DNA of 63,452 nt, counting the filler, from Welwitschia mirabilis (Eukaryota), in assembly GCA_051453625.1 (NCBI GenBank). It is 8 parts of one record of this genome, joined end to end, with 100 filler letters (N's around TTAATTAATTAA, not from the genome) between each part and the next. Parts side by side here need not be neighbours in the genome. Positions count along the whole stretch, not along the records: positions 10,588 to 16,128 come from JBOZIK010000001.1; positions 16,229 to 39,329 come from JBOZIK010000001.1; 6 more parts are not named here. The stretch is one strand, 5' to 3'. Made by a program: the position numbers and the translations under genes. Below the pieces are notes generated by a model. It was not told the DNA's origin, ran no database searches, and was given only the letters and a program-made list of their open reading frames with translations. Shown in pieces: positions 13,501-27,224 of the stretch. Numbering within the stretch: position 1 is the stretch's first letter; each line of letters begins with the position of its first letter.

Positions 13501-13678
13501 GAACATTAGTTCTTACCTTTGGAAACGGAAAGAAGATAATTAGTGATTATACATATATGGTTATTTTTCCAATTACATTAAAAGAAGAGGCAAAACTTTG
13601 GTTAAAAACTATACTCCATAAGGATCTACAAGCTTGTAATCAAGTCTAGGAAGTTTTTATCAAGAGATTTATAAGTGA
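10588..13678 (+). mobile_element. Athila-like Ty3/gypsy 5' portion: LTR (ends ACAACA at 12584), PBS 12588-12605, leader and gag start
   Basis: The LTR 3' end matches the copies at 47072-48332 (-), 49692-50804 (+) and 13755-14822 (-). PBS TGGCACCATTATTGGAAA is a deaminated tRNA-Asp PBS. Gag-like NAYPI… and FPITLKEEAKLWL at ~13440-13610. 10734-11220 is repeated at 11651-12135 across a gap. Confidence 0.8.
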
Positions 13679-13754
13679 NNNNNNNNNNNNNNNNNNNNNN
13701 NNNNNNNNNNNNNNNNNNNNNNNNNNNNNNNNNNNNNNNNNNNNNNNNNNNNNC

Positions 13755-16128
13755 AAATGTATTATAGTGTATATTTTTGCAAGTGCTTAAGTTCAAAAGG
13801 ATTCTATCATTTATGAAATATATAGATATCTTACACAATACAACACACTAGTATGAGTAGGAGTAGATCCAAAACGTTGTATTCACATTGAATACTATGA
13901 GATGGGACTCAGGTTACTTTGCAAAAGAATAATAGGAACAAAAAATAAAGAACAATGCAAATGCAAGATGCAACCTAATTTAACATGCAATGTAAAATGG
14001 GACTAATACTACTTGATTTCAGCCTTAACAAAGGTTTTCCTTAATAATTTATATCACCTAAGAAATTATCACTAGATCAAGGGCAATATAGATTATAAGA
14101 GTCATCAGAAAATCTATAATGCAAATATGAAAGCAAAATAAATTTTATATTAAGAATGAGTAACAAGAATCTTTGTTACAAAACAACTGGATCTTAATGG
14201 AGGATACATAATCCTCCACTAAGTGCATGTCTTTCTGCAACACTCAAGATGGATCTCCCACCATTTGATCTTCTATCATGAGAATTTATAGTGTAATGAA
14301 GATGAAAAGAAGAGTTGAAGGGGGTTTTATTTATAACAACTTACAACAGAAAAAGATAAATAGAAGGTGTAGCTAGGTATGCTTTTTTACATAAATGAAA
14401 TGGATGAAATGGTTAAAGGTCATTGNNNNNNNNNNNNNNNNNNNNNNNNNNNNNNNNNNNNNNNNNNNNNNNNNNNNAATGACATCTTATTACAAAAGAT
14501 GATTTAGAGTGATAGCTCAGGAGTCCATGTTAGCATGCAAATGTGTTATCGTCCTGTCTATTGTGGAGATGATGGAGGAGATGATTATCTTCTTTAATCA
14601 TTTTCTTAAGAAGAAACTTAGTATTTTTGTCAGTGATCCTTCTCCAAAGCTCTGTGCATCAGAATTTATCTTTAATATATCAAATTTGGATAAGAATCAC
14701 ATATTTTCAAGATTTCCTATTAAATCTCCAAAATCCTCAAAATTGCACCTAAACCAGTGTAAAAGTCCTACAAAAAAAACTAATAAAACCCCATTAAATA
14801 ACCAAAAATTAGCAACGCAACATAGCCTTCCACTTAGCCTTTATCAGTCCCTAACAAAAACTAGGCAAAAAACCATAATTGTGAGCTAATTGTTTTTTTA
14901 AAAGATAAATTTAAAAATTATAAAACAAGCTCATAAAATACATCACATAGATAAATAATAGGTAATGCATAATATGTATGAAAACTTTGAAAATTTTATC
15001 TCATAAAATATCTGAATTAAGTTAAAATTTTTGAAAATAAGCCATGAAAATGGGTTTCTACTCCCCTCCCCTTAAATAAAAAGCAATATGTCACGTATTA
15101 AAAAATAAATCCAAGAAAGTAGATGGAATTGAGAAGGCAGGTAAAATAGAAAAACTTTCTAAAATGAAGTGCAAAGATGAGTAATGTCAAATTTGAAAAA
15201 TATAGATCTATGAAATATTCTGATGAGTAAAGAAAAAGAGTGGACAATAAAAAATGTTTTATCATAAAAATGATTAAAAGTAGTGCTTATAACATTAAAA
15301 ATAAAATTTATTTTTAAAAAACTCAAATAAGCCAGAAATCTACTACTATTAAAAACCAAATAAGAAAAACATTTAGGAAAATATAGAAATGACTTGGAAA
15401 TAACTAACCAAACCACAAAAGAAAATAAAAATAATGGATATAAGGTAACAAAAGTAAAAGATAGCTCACTTATTTAATATTTTAACCTAATAGACTCCCA
15501 TGAAATAAATCATATCATCACTTAACATGAAAATACATGACTTGATGTATGAAAAATTCCATTTGATAAGGTAGTGCTTATGATAATGCTAAAGATANNN
15601 NNNNNNNNNNNNNNNNNNNNNNNNNNNNNNNNNNNNNNNNNNNNNNNNNNNNNNNNNNNNNNNNNNNNNNNNNNNNNNNNNNNNNNNNNNNNNNNNNAAT
15701 AAGAAAAACATTTAAGAAAATATAGTAATGACTTTGAAATAACTAATCACACCACAAAAGAAAATAAAAAGAATGGGTATAAGGTAATAGAAGCAAAAGA
15801 TATCTCACCTATCTGATATTTTAACCTAGCAGACTTCCATGAAATAAATCATAACATCACTTAACATGAAAATACATGACTTGATGTAAGAAAAATCCCA
15901 TTCGATAAGGTAGTGGTTATGACAATGCTAAAGATAAAATTATTAGACTAAAGAATTGCTTAAAAAAATGAACTCATTTTCTGTCATCTCAAAACAAACA
16001 CCTAAATCTCAAGAAATGAAATAAGCATCTGGAATAGACGAAGAGTTTAAAAAAGAAGCAATGCCTTTGATAACACTAGGAACACTGCTAATTCCATAGC
16101 CTCAAAATTAAATACAACTTTATTCTTC
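13755..16128 (-). mobile_element. Athila-like 3' portion: 3' LTR (13755-14822), PPT (~14823-14850) and 3' internal region
   Basis: Minus strand reads …AAGGCTAAGTGGAAGGCTA|TGTTGCGTTGC, a purine-rich tract then a TG-start LTR. The LTR body matches the family above (e.g. ACACTAGTAT…GAGTA motif). Confidence 0.7.
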
Positions 16129-16228
16129 NNNNNNNNNNNNNNNNNNNNNNNNNNNNNNNNNNNNNNNNNNNNTTAATTAATTAANNNNNNNNNNNNNNNN
16201 NNNNNNNNNNNNNNNNNNNNNNNNNNNN

Positions 16229-18420
16229 AATGTATGTTTTACATGATATTTACCAATGTTCACATGGGTTCTTAATAATTATCTCTTTGAATTAGTTTTT
16301 ATTGAAAAAATGTAATTTAGTTGGTCTAATTATTTAAATATTTCTTATATAACTAGATGTCATGGAATTGTTCTTGAAATAGTTTAGATATTATTTATTT
16401 AAACATATTTAATTGTATACACTTTTCTTTCAATTGCAACTTTACTTTTATAACCATATCTTTTGAAAATATAGTTTGCCTCGCTTTGCTTTAATTTGAA
16501 CTATAATAATCATTGGTTGGAAATGACTTTTAAAAATATATAATATTTTATTAGTGGTTATTATAAAATTAACCCATCTATCTCAAGCTCTAGCAATCAC
16601 TATGTCATGACCTTTTATCTTATAATACTAGTAATACTTATTTTCATTATATCATCTTGATTCTAGAGTGCCTGTACTTCTTCATTGGGCTTATTTGTTG
16701 AAGTTTTCATAACTGCTTCACCCTCTAAAATTTTTTTATGATGGCTAATATTTATGATAAAAAGACATGTAGGGTAAAGTTTTATAGTAAATGAATGTTT
16801 CATAGAGAAAGATTAATCATCTAATGATCTTATAGAAGATTAAGATATAATATGACATTTTCAACAATAGACATAGCTTTAAAGTTTAAACTCTTTCTTT
16901 TATTTTTAAAACTCTTTGATGTTGCATATTTATGGAAGTATCTTTCAAATTCCCATTTTTTTCTTCATATAAATGGCCTTTGGAAGGTATTAAATTTAAG
17001 TATATAAAGATAGTTAAAAACATAATAAATACCACATTTTGAAAATAATTTGATCATTTCATGTTTGGCTATGAAATATTCTTAATGTAGAAATACATAT
17101 TTCAACCTCCTAGCATATTCAATTACATTTTTATATCCTTGTTATTTGAAATTTGTCAAAAGTCCTAAGACTAATGCTTTGGAAAACATTAATGGAATAC
17201 TAGTTTAGAAGAGTTTCAAACATTTCAAATGGGCCTATGACGAATGTCACATACGACCAGACGGGGTTATGACACCATTTTATGCTAAATTTCTTTTTAT
17301 TAAATTTATGGCTTACCAAACTAAACTCACATCAAATGCTAGCGTAGTTGTTATGTTTTTATGGAATGATGCATACAAATTTGTGTAAATTTTTCTTAAT
17401 TTAATATCATTCCTTCTTATTCATATTGTTTTTATTTTTTTTAAATTTTAGACAATTTAGCATTGTGATAATTTATTAATAGTTTAAAACATTGGTTTGT
17501 AAATTTAGAATTTCTATCTAATTTTGTATTAATTTCTTTATGTTATTCATCATCATAAAAAAGTTATTGCTTATCATCAATCTCTCTTCATTTACTTTGA
17601 TATCATTTGATTGACTAATTACTTTAGTGAAGAAGTTCATATAATCTAGAAGTGGTAATCCTAGTTTATCTATTACAATTTTTCTAGTAGATTTATTTTT
17701 GTTGATTAAGAATGATTTCAAAATATTTTGGTATTCTATGAGTTTAATGATTTTGTTAAGGGCACAAAATAAATACTTTTTTGATTAATGGCTAGTTATT
17801 TATTTTTATTAAGGTTACTTCTATATACTAATAGGACATGATTTTAAGATTTAAATCATAAAATTAAATAATGCAAGCCTCACTAGTCATTCTAAATTTA
17901 TCTATGTACTTTTTAACTAATAACTAATGTAGTATAATAATTTAACAAATAAAAACATATAAGAAACACATAACAATAAGCAATTGGAGTACACCTATAC
18001 TTTTTCCTATCCCCACCTAACATTGATGTATCCCCTTTAAACTTTCACTATAATCATTGATTAAACATTAAGAGTGATGTTTATCTATTCAAAGGGTTAC
18101 ATAATAATAATAAAGAATAAAATTGTCCTAGAAAAGGGATTATAGGTACAATAAAATTAATAGTAAATAACTTTAAATTAAGGGTCTTGACATCCATAAT
18201 TCATAAGATTTGAATCTGAAATTAATTGATAGGGAAAGTAGCCCCTTCTTAATAAGCAAAACCCAGAGAGGCTTAAAAAGGATATACGAAGCCTTAAACC
18301 TAAAAAGACATTGTGTAATGCATTCCATATAAGCTCTCTAATACTGGTTGATCTAGTTTCCATATTTCAAAACTATATTCTAGAATTAATGTTACAAACT
18401 ATATTTTGTCTTAGAAATTC
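16229..18420 (-). mobile_element. Probable highly decayed LINE (L1-like) 3' remnant
   Basis: Weak minus-strand motifs only: GF…GYFP (cf. GxLPxxYLG) near 18230-18270, H.VRW-like near 18010-18030, and SIIR (cf. RNase H GIIRD) near 16620. Confidence 0.3.
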
Positions 18421-19709
18421 TGACCAATCTCTGTTCATAATAGGTGATGTTAAATTAATAACGTGATGTCTACATGTAATTGTAATTCATACATTGAAGC
18501 TGTAAATTTGCTAGATATGCTTTTAGTAAATTCATCTTAAAGTACAGTTTATATTTAAGATACCAAGTAAGAACAATTCATGAAATTAGCAATAGAAAGC
18601 AACAGTATAAGCGTTTAATAATAAGCTAAGAAACTCAAAGCAGCAAAAGGACATACCAAAACGGATTAGAATATCAAAGAGGCGGCTAACATTCAGCGCG
18701 AGAAAGAATGTAGTACCTTTCAATTTTGGAGTATCTACGGCGCTCAAAGCCTGAAAGACGGATGAGCTTTCAGCTTCCTCAGTGGTGATTCACAAGCTCA
18801 GAGCGCACAGAGAGAGGCATGGCGTAGAATATACCTTCGGCAAAAGAAGACGTAAAAGACGCATGATGATTCCAGTCTTGCCAGATCAGCCGCACTCAAA
18901 TGATCGCTGGTCAGAATTTCTTAAAGCAGATGACTCGGAAGACATGCGCTCCTGCGAGCGCTCGAAACCATGACCTCTAAAGCCCCAGGGGAGGAACACG
19001 GAGTAGAAGAACACACAGAAAATCTCTCTTCCATTAAAGGAAAAGCAAGTATAAGTCTGAAGGAAAGGAGAGAAGTATGATTGAACTGAATTTACAGAGA
19101 TTCATCCTCCATCTATCTATCTGAGCGGCGATCGGAGCGCTCCTCGTTCTATGCGTTTAATTCAAAAAATTTCAGGGACACACACACCGAATCACAGTGA
19201 AAAGCAGGCAGCCCAAAGATAGGTCAAGTGGATGTAGCGGAGAACGAAAGGAGATGCCTCCAGCATCTTGCAATCTTGACTGTCAACGGTTTTCGGCATC
19301 AACACAAAACCGCCGTCCAAACCGAGAAAACGCTGAACAGGGCGAAGGTCGCCCAACGGCAAGTGTGTTACTATCTCGCATTGTCATCTGCGTAAGTGGC
19401 ATCGCCGAAAAAAAAAGGAAGTACTTCGATCAAGCCACCATAACTGAGATGTAACGGCGTTATCGCGATGGAGATGTGAGACACCATCTTTAACAGCGTA
19501 AACAGAGACATGTATGCCCATCCTCCTCATTCACTAGCATCTTGCATTGCCTTATTCATTTCCTTCCCAGACTCTATAATTCCCATACCGTTCTTTTTTC
19601 TCCTTTCCTTTTATTTTTTTTCCTGCAGAGAAATAGGATTGACGATATCTGCGTATCTGACGGCCAAGCTAAGGGATGAACAACTGGTAGGCAAATTATG
19701 TAACATCTG

Positions 19710-19824
19710 ATCTGCCATCTCGGAAGTCTGCGCATTTTCCCCTTGCTTCTTGAAATGCACAATTCAATCTGCCATTTCTTGAAGCCTGTCCATTCTTCCC
19801 TTGCTTCTTGAAATGCACAATTCA
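19710..19824 (+). repeat. Tandem duplication of a ~57-bp unit
   Basis: ATCTGCCAT…CCCTTGCTTCTTGAAATGCACAATTCA appears at 19710-19766 and 19767-19824. Confidence 0.9.
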
Positions 19825-21482
19825 ATTGTGTGTGCGCTCTTTACTCCTTCCAATGCAACTAAAAAGTCCAAAGTCCGGCACACATCCAAACAAAAGGCAC
19901 ATGCCCAATGCAAGCAATATCGTAGTGGTTGGGGTGTTAACAGGATGGAATTATTAAAAGGATGGGATTGCATTCAACATGTTTTCCATATGAGGCTACT
20001 CAAAACGTGTCATGAGGGCATGAGTTTACGCTATATTTTGTATTTGAACAATGTATCCATTAATCGAAATTTAACATGTCATATAGAGCCTGTCATAATC
20101 CCAAAGCTTAGGAGTATATACAGTCTATAAGGAGATTGAATGAGTATTTATCTACTGGATGTATTACACCTAGTATGCTTGATGGAATACATGAATATAT
20201 TGCTAGATTTTCATGAAATTATGTAGAGTATTCATTCCATTTAGCTATTAGTTGTCTTTGTTAGTACTAACTTACTCCCTTTATTGTATAGGACCTTGAT
20301 AAGGATTATCACTATGAAGCTATATGAGTAATGAAGTCATGCCCAAGGACAAGCAAGAGTTTAAACAAAGTAAGCTTGTCATATTATCCATTGAAGCTTC
20401 AGAGTCTTTTTACATTTATTAAGAGTGTTAATTTAGTTTGTGATTTTGTGTTAGATCAAGAATATGATTATTTAAGACATTATATTCAAACTATGTTTAA
20501 AATATGTATTAAATATTGTATTGAGATACTGAGAAAATAGTAATCTAACTATTATATTTTTTCTTTGCATGTGATCAGTAGTTTAGAATCATAAGTGTAC
20601 CTTTGATGGAACTTACCAAATACATATTCACCATTCATTTTTAATCTTTGAATGTCCTCTTAGGATTCAATTTTAGCACCTTAATGGAAATCCTTATACA
20701 ATTTGAAAGCGCTTAGTTGGAATGTCGTTCTTGACAAAAATGACAAGCTTTGAAATTTGTTGTTAAACAAGCAATAATTCATTATGTTTTTAACATAAAC
20801 ATCAAACTAAATAATGACTGAACGTCTGTTTAGACTTGATTTACAGAAATGGGTCGAAAATAAAGTTTCTAGGCTATTGACATTATCTTAATTTTATTTG
20901 TGCCAGCAAAAATAGCTGTCCATCCCTTTTCGTCGTGTGTGGCAAAAAAAGATGCACAATTTCAAAAGACACTAACATACAATTTAAAACTTGTGGTGTG
21001 CATTTCACTTATACAACCATCATTCATCATTTCCTTTCCAACCCACCAACGGAATGAATGATGGTTGTACATGACGCGCTCATCATTTCAACAGTCACCT
21101 TCCAACCCACCAACGGAAGGGCCGGACGACCGAGATTCCGTGCCACGTCGGTTATTATTGATGGACCGACGACGCAAACCCTTACCCAACCTTTCTTAAA
21201 CAAAATCACTCACTTTCTTCCTTTGAAATGCAAGGCATACACGCATTCATTTCATGTTAACATTTCATCTTATCTGAGAAGAATCTGGAAAGAAGCAGGA
21301 ATTCGAGGCCCATGCAAATTGCAGTGCACAGCAATGCAACGCAGACACTCCTCATCTCATCGCATTTTCGTTTTACTTGTTCCAACTAATCTTCTAATTG
21401 CTTACAGTAAACCCTCAATGCGCTCACACATAACAAAAGCGAACCAATTCCATTTGCCAAATTGAAAATCAATGGCCGCAGC

Positions 21483-22124
21483 TCAAACATTAACGTCGCA
21501 GCGAGAACCTGGTTGCAGAGAGATGGCACCGTTGTACAGACTCCCGCCGTTGGTGCCCAGAAGAGCAAAGCAGTTCGCATTCAGATGGTAATGTCCTGAC
21601 GTCCATAAGCCGACCTTCCAGCGGACTCTTCCGTTAACCAAGAGATTCATGCCTACCAGCCCGCTCTGGATATCATAATTGAGATGCGTTAGCAGCAGGG
21701 ACGCCACCGGCACGGCATTTCCGGTCAGCTGGAAGGGTAGCAGCAGGTTATCCTTGTGGCCTTGATACAGAGGAGGCTGATAACAGACCGCCGTTATGGG
21801 CTGCCCGGAGTAGACCGCGTATCCGGCCATGTTGTCGTAGAGGATGCTGATCCTGTCATTGGGGTTGTGACTGAGCACCGTGAACTGCAGGTTGCTTGTG
21901 AGCGTATTAGATCCGGATCCCGAGCTAGAAGTGTTGAAGGCGCGGACCTGCGCGTCCTGCAGGTAGAACTTTGGTTTGTGAGGATGCAGCGCCAGGTATA
22001 TTATTAGGACGACGAAGAGAATGAGTACTATCAAGGCTAAGAGGCAGCCGAGGCATCTGCTGAGTATTATAGCCCTCCTGGGATTTCCATGTCGCCCGCA
22101 GTCGTCGAATTTCTTCTCTGACAT
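21483..22124 (-). CDS. NDR1/HIN1-like protein (NHL family, LEA_2 domain, single N-terminal TM helix), 213 aa, intronless
   Basis: ATG at 22124 begins MSEKKFDDCGRHG, a typical NHL N-terminus. TM segment CLLALIVLILFVVLIIYLAL. Family motifs HPHKPKFYLQDAQV, NPNDRISILYD, PPLYQGHKD and GRVRWKVGLWTSGHYHLNANC, with C-terminal CDVNV. TGA at 21485-21483. GC/CpG-rich and intact, unlike its surroundings. Resembles the NHL1/NHL12-type clade. Confidence 0.95.
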   Translation of the reverse strand: MSEKKFDDCGRHGNPRRAIILSRCLGCLLALIVLILFVVLIIYLALHPHKPKFYLQDAQVRAFNTSSSGSGSNTLTSNLQFTVLSHNPNDRISILYDNMAGYAVYSGQPITAVCYQPPLYQGHKDNLLLPFQLTGNAVPVASLLLTHLNYDIQSGLVGMNLLVNGRVRWKVGLWTSGHYHLNANCFALLGTNGGSLYNGAISLQPGSRCDVNV

Positions 22125-22329
22125 CTCCGCAACTGTTGCTTCTCGGATGAAAACTGGAAGTTTGTTTGGGAGATCGGCTGGGGAAGCAGACACGGAAACC
22201 TAGAGAAAAGAAGTGCTTTGGAAGCTTTACTGCCACACGATCAGAACGCAGAAGAGGGGGGTGGAGAGTGGACCAGGCCACTAAACCAGCCAAGCTCAGA
22301 CAGAGGAGAAAGGGGAGGGGAGTGAGGAC

Positions 22330-22337
22330 TTTATATA
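22330..22337 (-). promoter_or_regulatory. Candidate TATA box of the NHL gene
   Basis: Minus strand CTATATAAAG about 206 bp upstream of the ATG, followed by a CT-rich 5'-UTR-like stretch. Confidence 0.65.
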
Positions 22338-22879
22338 GCGAATTTATAATTAAAAACGGACACTCTGCGCTTGCACTGCACAGCACTGTTGCTCCATCCT
22401 ACGCAGATGCGACACAAACCTATGAATCAGAATCTCTTTCCGCCCTAATCTCATCTCATCTCAACTTCACTGCAGATTGTCGAAGCAGAAGATAAACGAA
22501 GGGGAATCCAACGCCTCTGCGTGCAATGGACGGGGACTTCAGAAGCCGGGATTTGGGGTTTATGTAAGAGAGGGGTGTATGGCATGTGACCGTGGGGGGC
22601 AGGAAGTTTCATGGCATCGTCTGCTTGCTCCTTCGTTATTTCTTACTGCATTCCCTTGATTCATTGACTGACCTCCTCCAATTCCAACGCCATGTCTTGC
22701 GCTTGTCTGCTTCTCACTTTCAGAAATGCGCTGCTCTTCTTTCCTTAGCCTCGCTTGAAACTTTAGTGTGTCGGCAGAATGCGAGTAGAAAGCAGAGCAA
22801 TTATGAGACGTCTCTTTAACTTTAGCCTCTCATTTCGTTTCCATTTCCACCGCGTTGCCTTTGCAGTCCACACGACCCA

Positions 22880-23640
22880 CATGATACGTGATCCTCATTC
22901 ATCATCCATGAATATGATATGAGCGGAAAAAGGTGAAGGAACATGGGCTGGACTGCAGGACCCTTCCTCCCCGGCGCCCACGGCGGCGTCTCGCATTACC
23001 TTTGTAATCTCCACTGTCGCTTTGCTTACCATGTGGGAAAGTTAAAAAGATGAGAGATGACCGAACTTTTTTCCACGTAAAAATGTAGAATACGTGGAAA
23101 ATGAAGTGAAGCTTTTTCACACACGCGCCCGAAAGGTCAGCTTCTACATTTTATTTTAATATGAGTAACGTGGTATTACACGTGGGTAAATTTGAATGGC
23201 GGGCTTTGAATGGAAATGTGCGGTCCAAGCGCAGGTCATGGAGCGTCCGACTAAGGAGCAGCCCTTTTCGGGACAGAATAGTAGAGCGTGGGTCCCAGAT
23301 TAAATGGACAAAGGAAAAATTACTGTTAACGGCATTCCTTTGGTTTCGTTTGTCGGGTTGTGCACGACAAACGCAAAACGCCACATGCTCTCATTTTACC
23401 TTTACGTACGTACACATACACATGTAGTGATATGGTTGGTATGAATTAGAAAATGCATACTGGACACACCGAAGCCCACGCCGACGAGGACATGTTACTT
23501 CTACGTTCTAATCGCTTTTTTATGGCAAGTGGCTACGTAGAAAGTTGGCCAAACTGACGCTTCTAATTTAAACGTTTTATTTTCCGTAACAATTGGTCTG
23601 TTTTTAAACCTCGAAAGACGTCGAGAGACGGACGTACTTT
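22880..23640. promoter_or_regulatory. Cluster of ACGT-core elements (G-box CACGTG at 23179-23184, ABRE-like TACGTGG/AACGTGG) upstream of NHL
   Basis: About ten ACGT cores in ~760 bp of CpG-retaining upstream sequence. Confidence 0.5.
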
Positions 23641-23899
23641 CTACTATACCACTAACAACAAGAGAGGTAACATGGCTTTTGTCGAGTACTCCCAATCGTA
23701 ATTGTTTTCAGTTACCTTCGTAGGGCATAACCGTTTTTAGAACAAAACGCACATGCTTCCATTTGTTTGGTGAGGTTTGGTATTTTTTGACTTTTGAAAT
23801 ATGTATAATGTTAAATCATTTTAGCAGTTTATAATGTGATCTTATGGATTCATAAGTTTGTGTACTAATCTAATATCAATAGTAAAGATTCTAACAACT

Positions 23900-26800
23900 C
23901 TTAAAGTTTTCAAATATATCTAATTTTGTGAAAAAGTTCTAATTTGCTCAAATTCTTCTATTGATGAAGGACTTAAGTAAAGGCCCATTTATGTTCCAAT
24001 CTTAATGCAATTCTTTAGTTAAATTACTAAAAGATCATGGATTATAATTTAAAACATGTTTGAGGCAAATAATAAGCTTTACTATAATACATGATTCCTC
24101 ATTTTTAGAAGTAAATGGAATATTACTAATGCAACATTATATGAATTGTTTACCAAGCCACCATTTTTGTTCAGACAATTCCTTGAACATGTGTTTAAGT
24201 TGCAAGAATTTTGGACACATCTGATGCATTGAATGAATGATAGTACTTTTTTACTCAGATAGATCCTCTCGGCTCCTCTATTTGTCCTTTTGTTTCTTTT
24301 TTTAATTTTTGAAGAATTTAATTTATAGGAAACCATAGTACACTCATAAGGGTTGTTACTTTGCTTAATCAGGTGAAACCTATGCATGACTCTCATTAGC
24401 TTATTAGTTAGCCACCAAATCTGCAAGCCTTCCTTGTCCAAGTCTCATAGGCAATTCATACCTTAGATATTAAAGCACATAGCAAGTGTGCCCTAAAAAC
24501 ATGGTAAAACCATAAGCCAACCCCTCTATTATATGACTCAAACTAAAGACATGGAAGTTCACAACCTATAGGCATGAATCAAACCAACTAAACTATGCTT
24601 TAGACTTATCCTTATTGAGAAGATAAAGTGTGTGATTTAAATTTCTTCATAAAATCTTTAAATTCGTCAAGAAAATAACATGTATTTCTTTAACTTTGGA
24701 ATCTCTTAAGTTCTTTTACACTCTCAACATCTTCATGAGGCAGAAGCATCCTTCCAATGCATAATGGGTTTTAACCAATGTGAACTTTGGTCAAAATGAG
24801 TAATAACTCAGAATATGTAATTTAAATATCTTAATTGTTTATCTTATATTAACAGATTCGAGTGATATCATTTTAATATTGCATCCATAAAATTATCCCA
24901 AATTTGGTGTAATCAATTATGTGAATGATTATATAAAGAGTTTTCTTTTTTATAAAATATTCACCAATTGGTTTCATTTAACTTTCACCACTCTAAATTT
25001 CAAATTTTAGATATTTGGACGTGTGTTAAAGCTTGTGATTGTAATTGTTTTTAATGAATTTCTTCAAATATTTTAGTAGGTGAAAGTCTATACTCTTTTT
25101 ATTTTTCTAATAAAGAGTATAATTGAAGTTTTCTGAGGCTTAGTAATAATCTTTAGTTTTAATTATTAAATAAAATAGTCTCTAGATAAATCAATTTCAT
25201 TTTGATTATTAAATTTTTTCCTTATTTTCAAAGAAACCATTACTATTTGGTTGACTTTAAAGGTTTATATAACTTTCGCTCACAGGTATGGCATAAATAA
25301 TACATCCTTCATTACTTGAATTACTTGATTTACTTACTCTAGCGAAAGAATTATAAGGAACATCATTCTAAGGTAAAGGATTTTTAAAAATGTCAAATTC
25401 TGTAGGAATGTTCATAGTACATTTTGTATCACTTTTTCAATTTTCTTATATAAGATATCTTTCATTAAGTTTTTGTATCTTTTGAAATCAAGATATTAAA
25501 ACCTATAGCATTAACAAAATTAACTGTCATATTCACATGATGCTTTTGTTAACTATATTATCTTATTACATGGTGTTATGGCTAAAAGGTCTACTATTAT
25601 TTTAATAATTAAATATTATTCATTAATTTAATGCTCATTCTAAGTAAGGGTTTCCTTTGTGTTATTAATTATAAGCACCTAAGACCCCTTTATTAACCTT
25701 ATATTCAAAAGAAAGTAATGTATTCGAATAGGATAAAAGAAAGATATGTGAATTCATACTTGGTTTTAAAAATAGGTTTAATTATGTATAAGAAAAAGGA
25801 GAATACCCAGAAGTATAGAGAAGGGTTCATTAGACATTGAACCTAGTAGTAGATATAAAATTAAAGGGTTTTCCCCCTTTAGAAGAAAGAATGAGTAGAG
25901 GAAAGGAGAGTGTAATAATGGTGTTAAGAGATGTGTTGAGGAATAGACATGAGATGGTGAATCTATGTTAAGATGGAAAAAGACTTATCATTCTTCCATA
26001 ATTTATGTTACATAAGGTACCATAGCAGCGTGTGTCAACTAGATCATCTTAGTGGAAATGTTCATTCCAAAAGATATATAACTATAAATATCTTATTTCT
26101 TATTTCTTCATGTAGCATTTTAATGATGATTTTTTTTTTTTTGGCTTTTGCCTACTCTAAATTTTGATAACACTTATCTAACTTTAGAAACATCATTCGA
26201 AATGAAAATGAACTCATCATGCTATTGGATTAGTTATGGACATATCTATATGAGAGTTATTCATCTATATCATTTGACTTCTACTTTATTACATTTGTTG
26301 TTAAAATAGTATGATAATATTAGGTGGGATAAGAAGAAATTTCTACTTAGTTTCAGGATGATATAGTTCTTGTGATAGTTATTATAGAATTTTTACTTTT
26401 TAGTAGATGTTTATTCTAGGGAGAGGAGTTATGAAGAATTATTTATCTTCCATGAAAATTGATAAAATAAGAACTAAAATAAGGGATAAAGATATAAGGA
26501 GTAATTTACATACCTTTCTTTCTATAGTAATAATTTCATCAACACTACTTAACCTTAGTTTCAATTTGAATTTAAAATTAGTGTATCAATCCTAAGATAA
26601 ACATATCATGTGAGACATGCTAGATAGATTAAGATTTACTTACAATTGATAAATGTTTCTTGGAAAACATTTTGTTACACCTTTGAGCACTAACTTAGGG
26701 ATCATTATAGGTAGAATTATAATAAGCATGAGGAATTTCAAGTTGTTCATACATATTACCTAAAATGATTGGGTTCTTGTTTATGAAATAAACATTTAAC

Positions 26801-27200
26801 TCTTTCATAGTGAAATACAACATTAAAGTAGTAGGTTTTTTAAGAAAAGCAGTATAATTAAAAGAGATAGATGGATTTAGAGAGAAGGTTAAAATAAAAA
26901 TTAATCAAGCTAAAGACTCTACATGTAGCAACATATGCAGTTTTTAAAACAAAATTTTCAAGAAACTAAGCTCCATATATAATGTAGTTGAAAATAAAAA
27001 ACTATGAAGATGCTTCAAGAAAAGGTCCAGGCTATACAGAGAAAGAAGCTAAAAATAACATGTTTCTTTATCGTTTTAAGTCCATTGTTCATTTCTTAGA
27101 TGTGCATCAACGAAATATTTCTTCACTTATCAAGTAAACCTATAATCTTAGCACATGACACATTAGTGAAGCAAACAAAAGAATATTGGAATATTAATTC
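23900..27200 (-). mobile_element. Probable decayed LINE ORF2 (RT) remnant
   Basis: Minus-strand fragments resemble NxTxIxLIPK (~26690-26720) and a PKxxGGLG-like stretch (~25675-25705), in the expected order. Heavily mutated. Confidence 0.35.
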
Positions 27201-27224
27201 ATTCAAAAGAAAATGGCACATCAA

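Noticed and set aside
18862..18945. Possible C/D snoRNA (ATGATGA C-box)
   Set aside because: No suitably placed CTGA D-box or terminal stem was found.
19100..19130. Weak resemblance to a TAS3 miR390 site (CTATCTATCTGAGC)
   Set aside because: Poor match, with no tasiARF sequence or second site nearby.
22125..22193. 23-aa N-terminal extension of the NHL ORF in the ORF track
   Set aside because: It starts at GTG. The ATG at 22124 gives the typical family N-terminus.
21756..22495. Short ORFs overlapping the NHL gene (21756+, 21925-, 22021+, 22166+)
   Set aside because: Shadow frames of a GC-rich gene with no recognisable domain.
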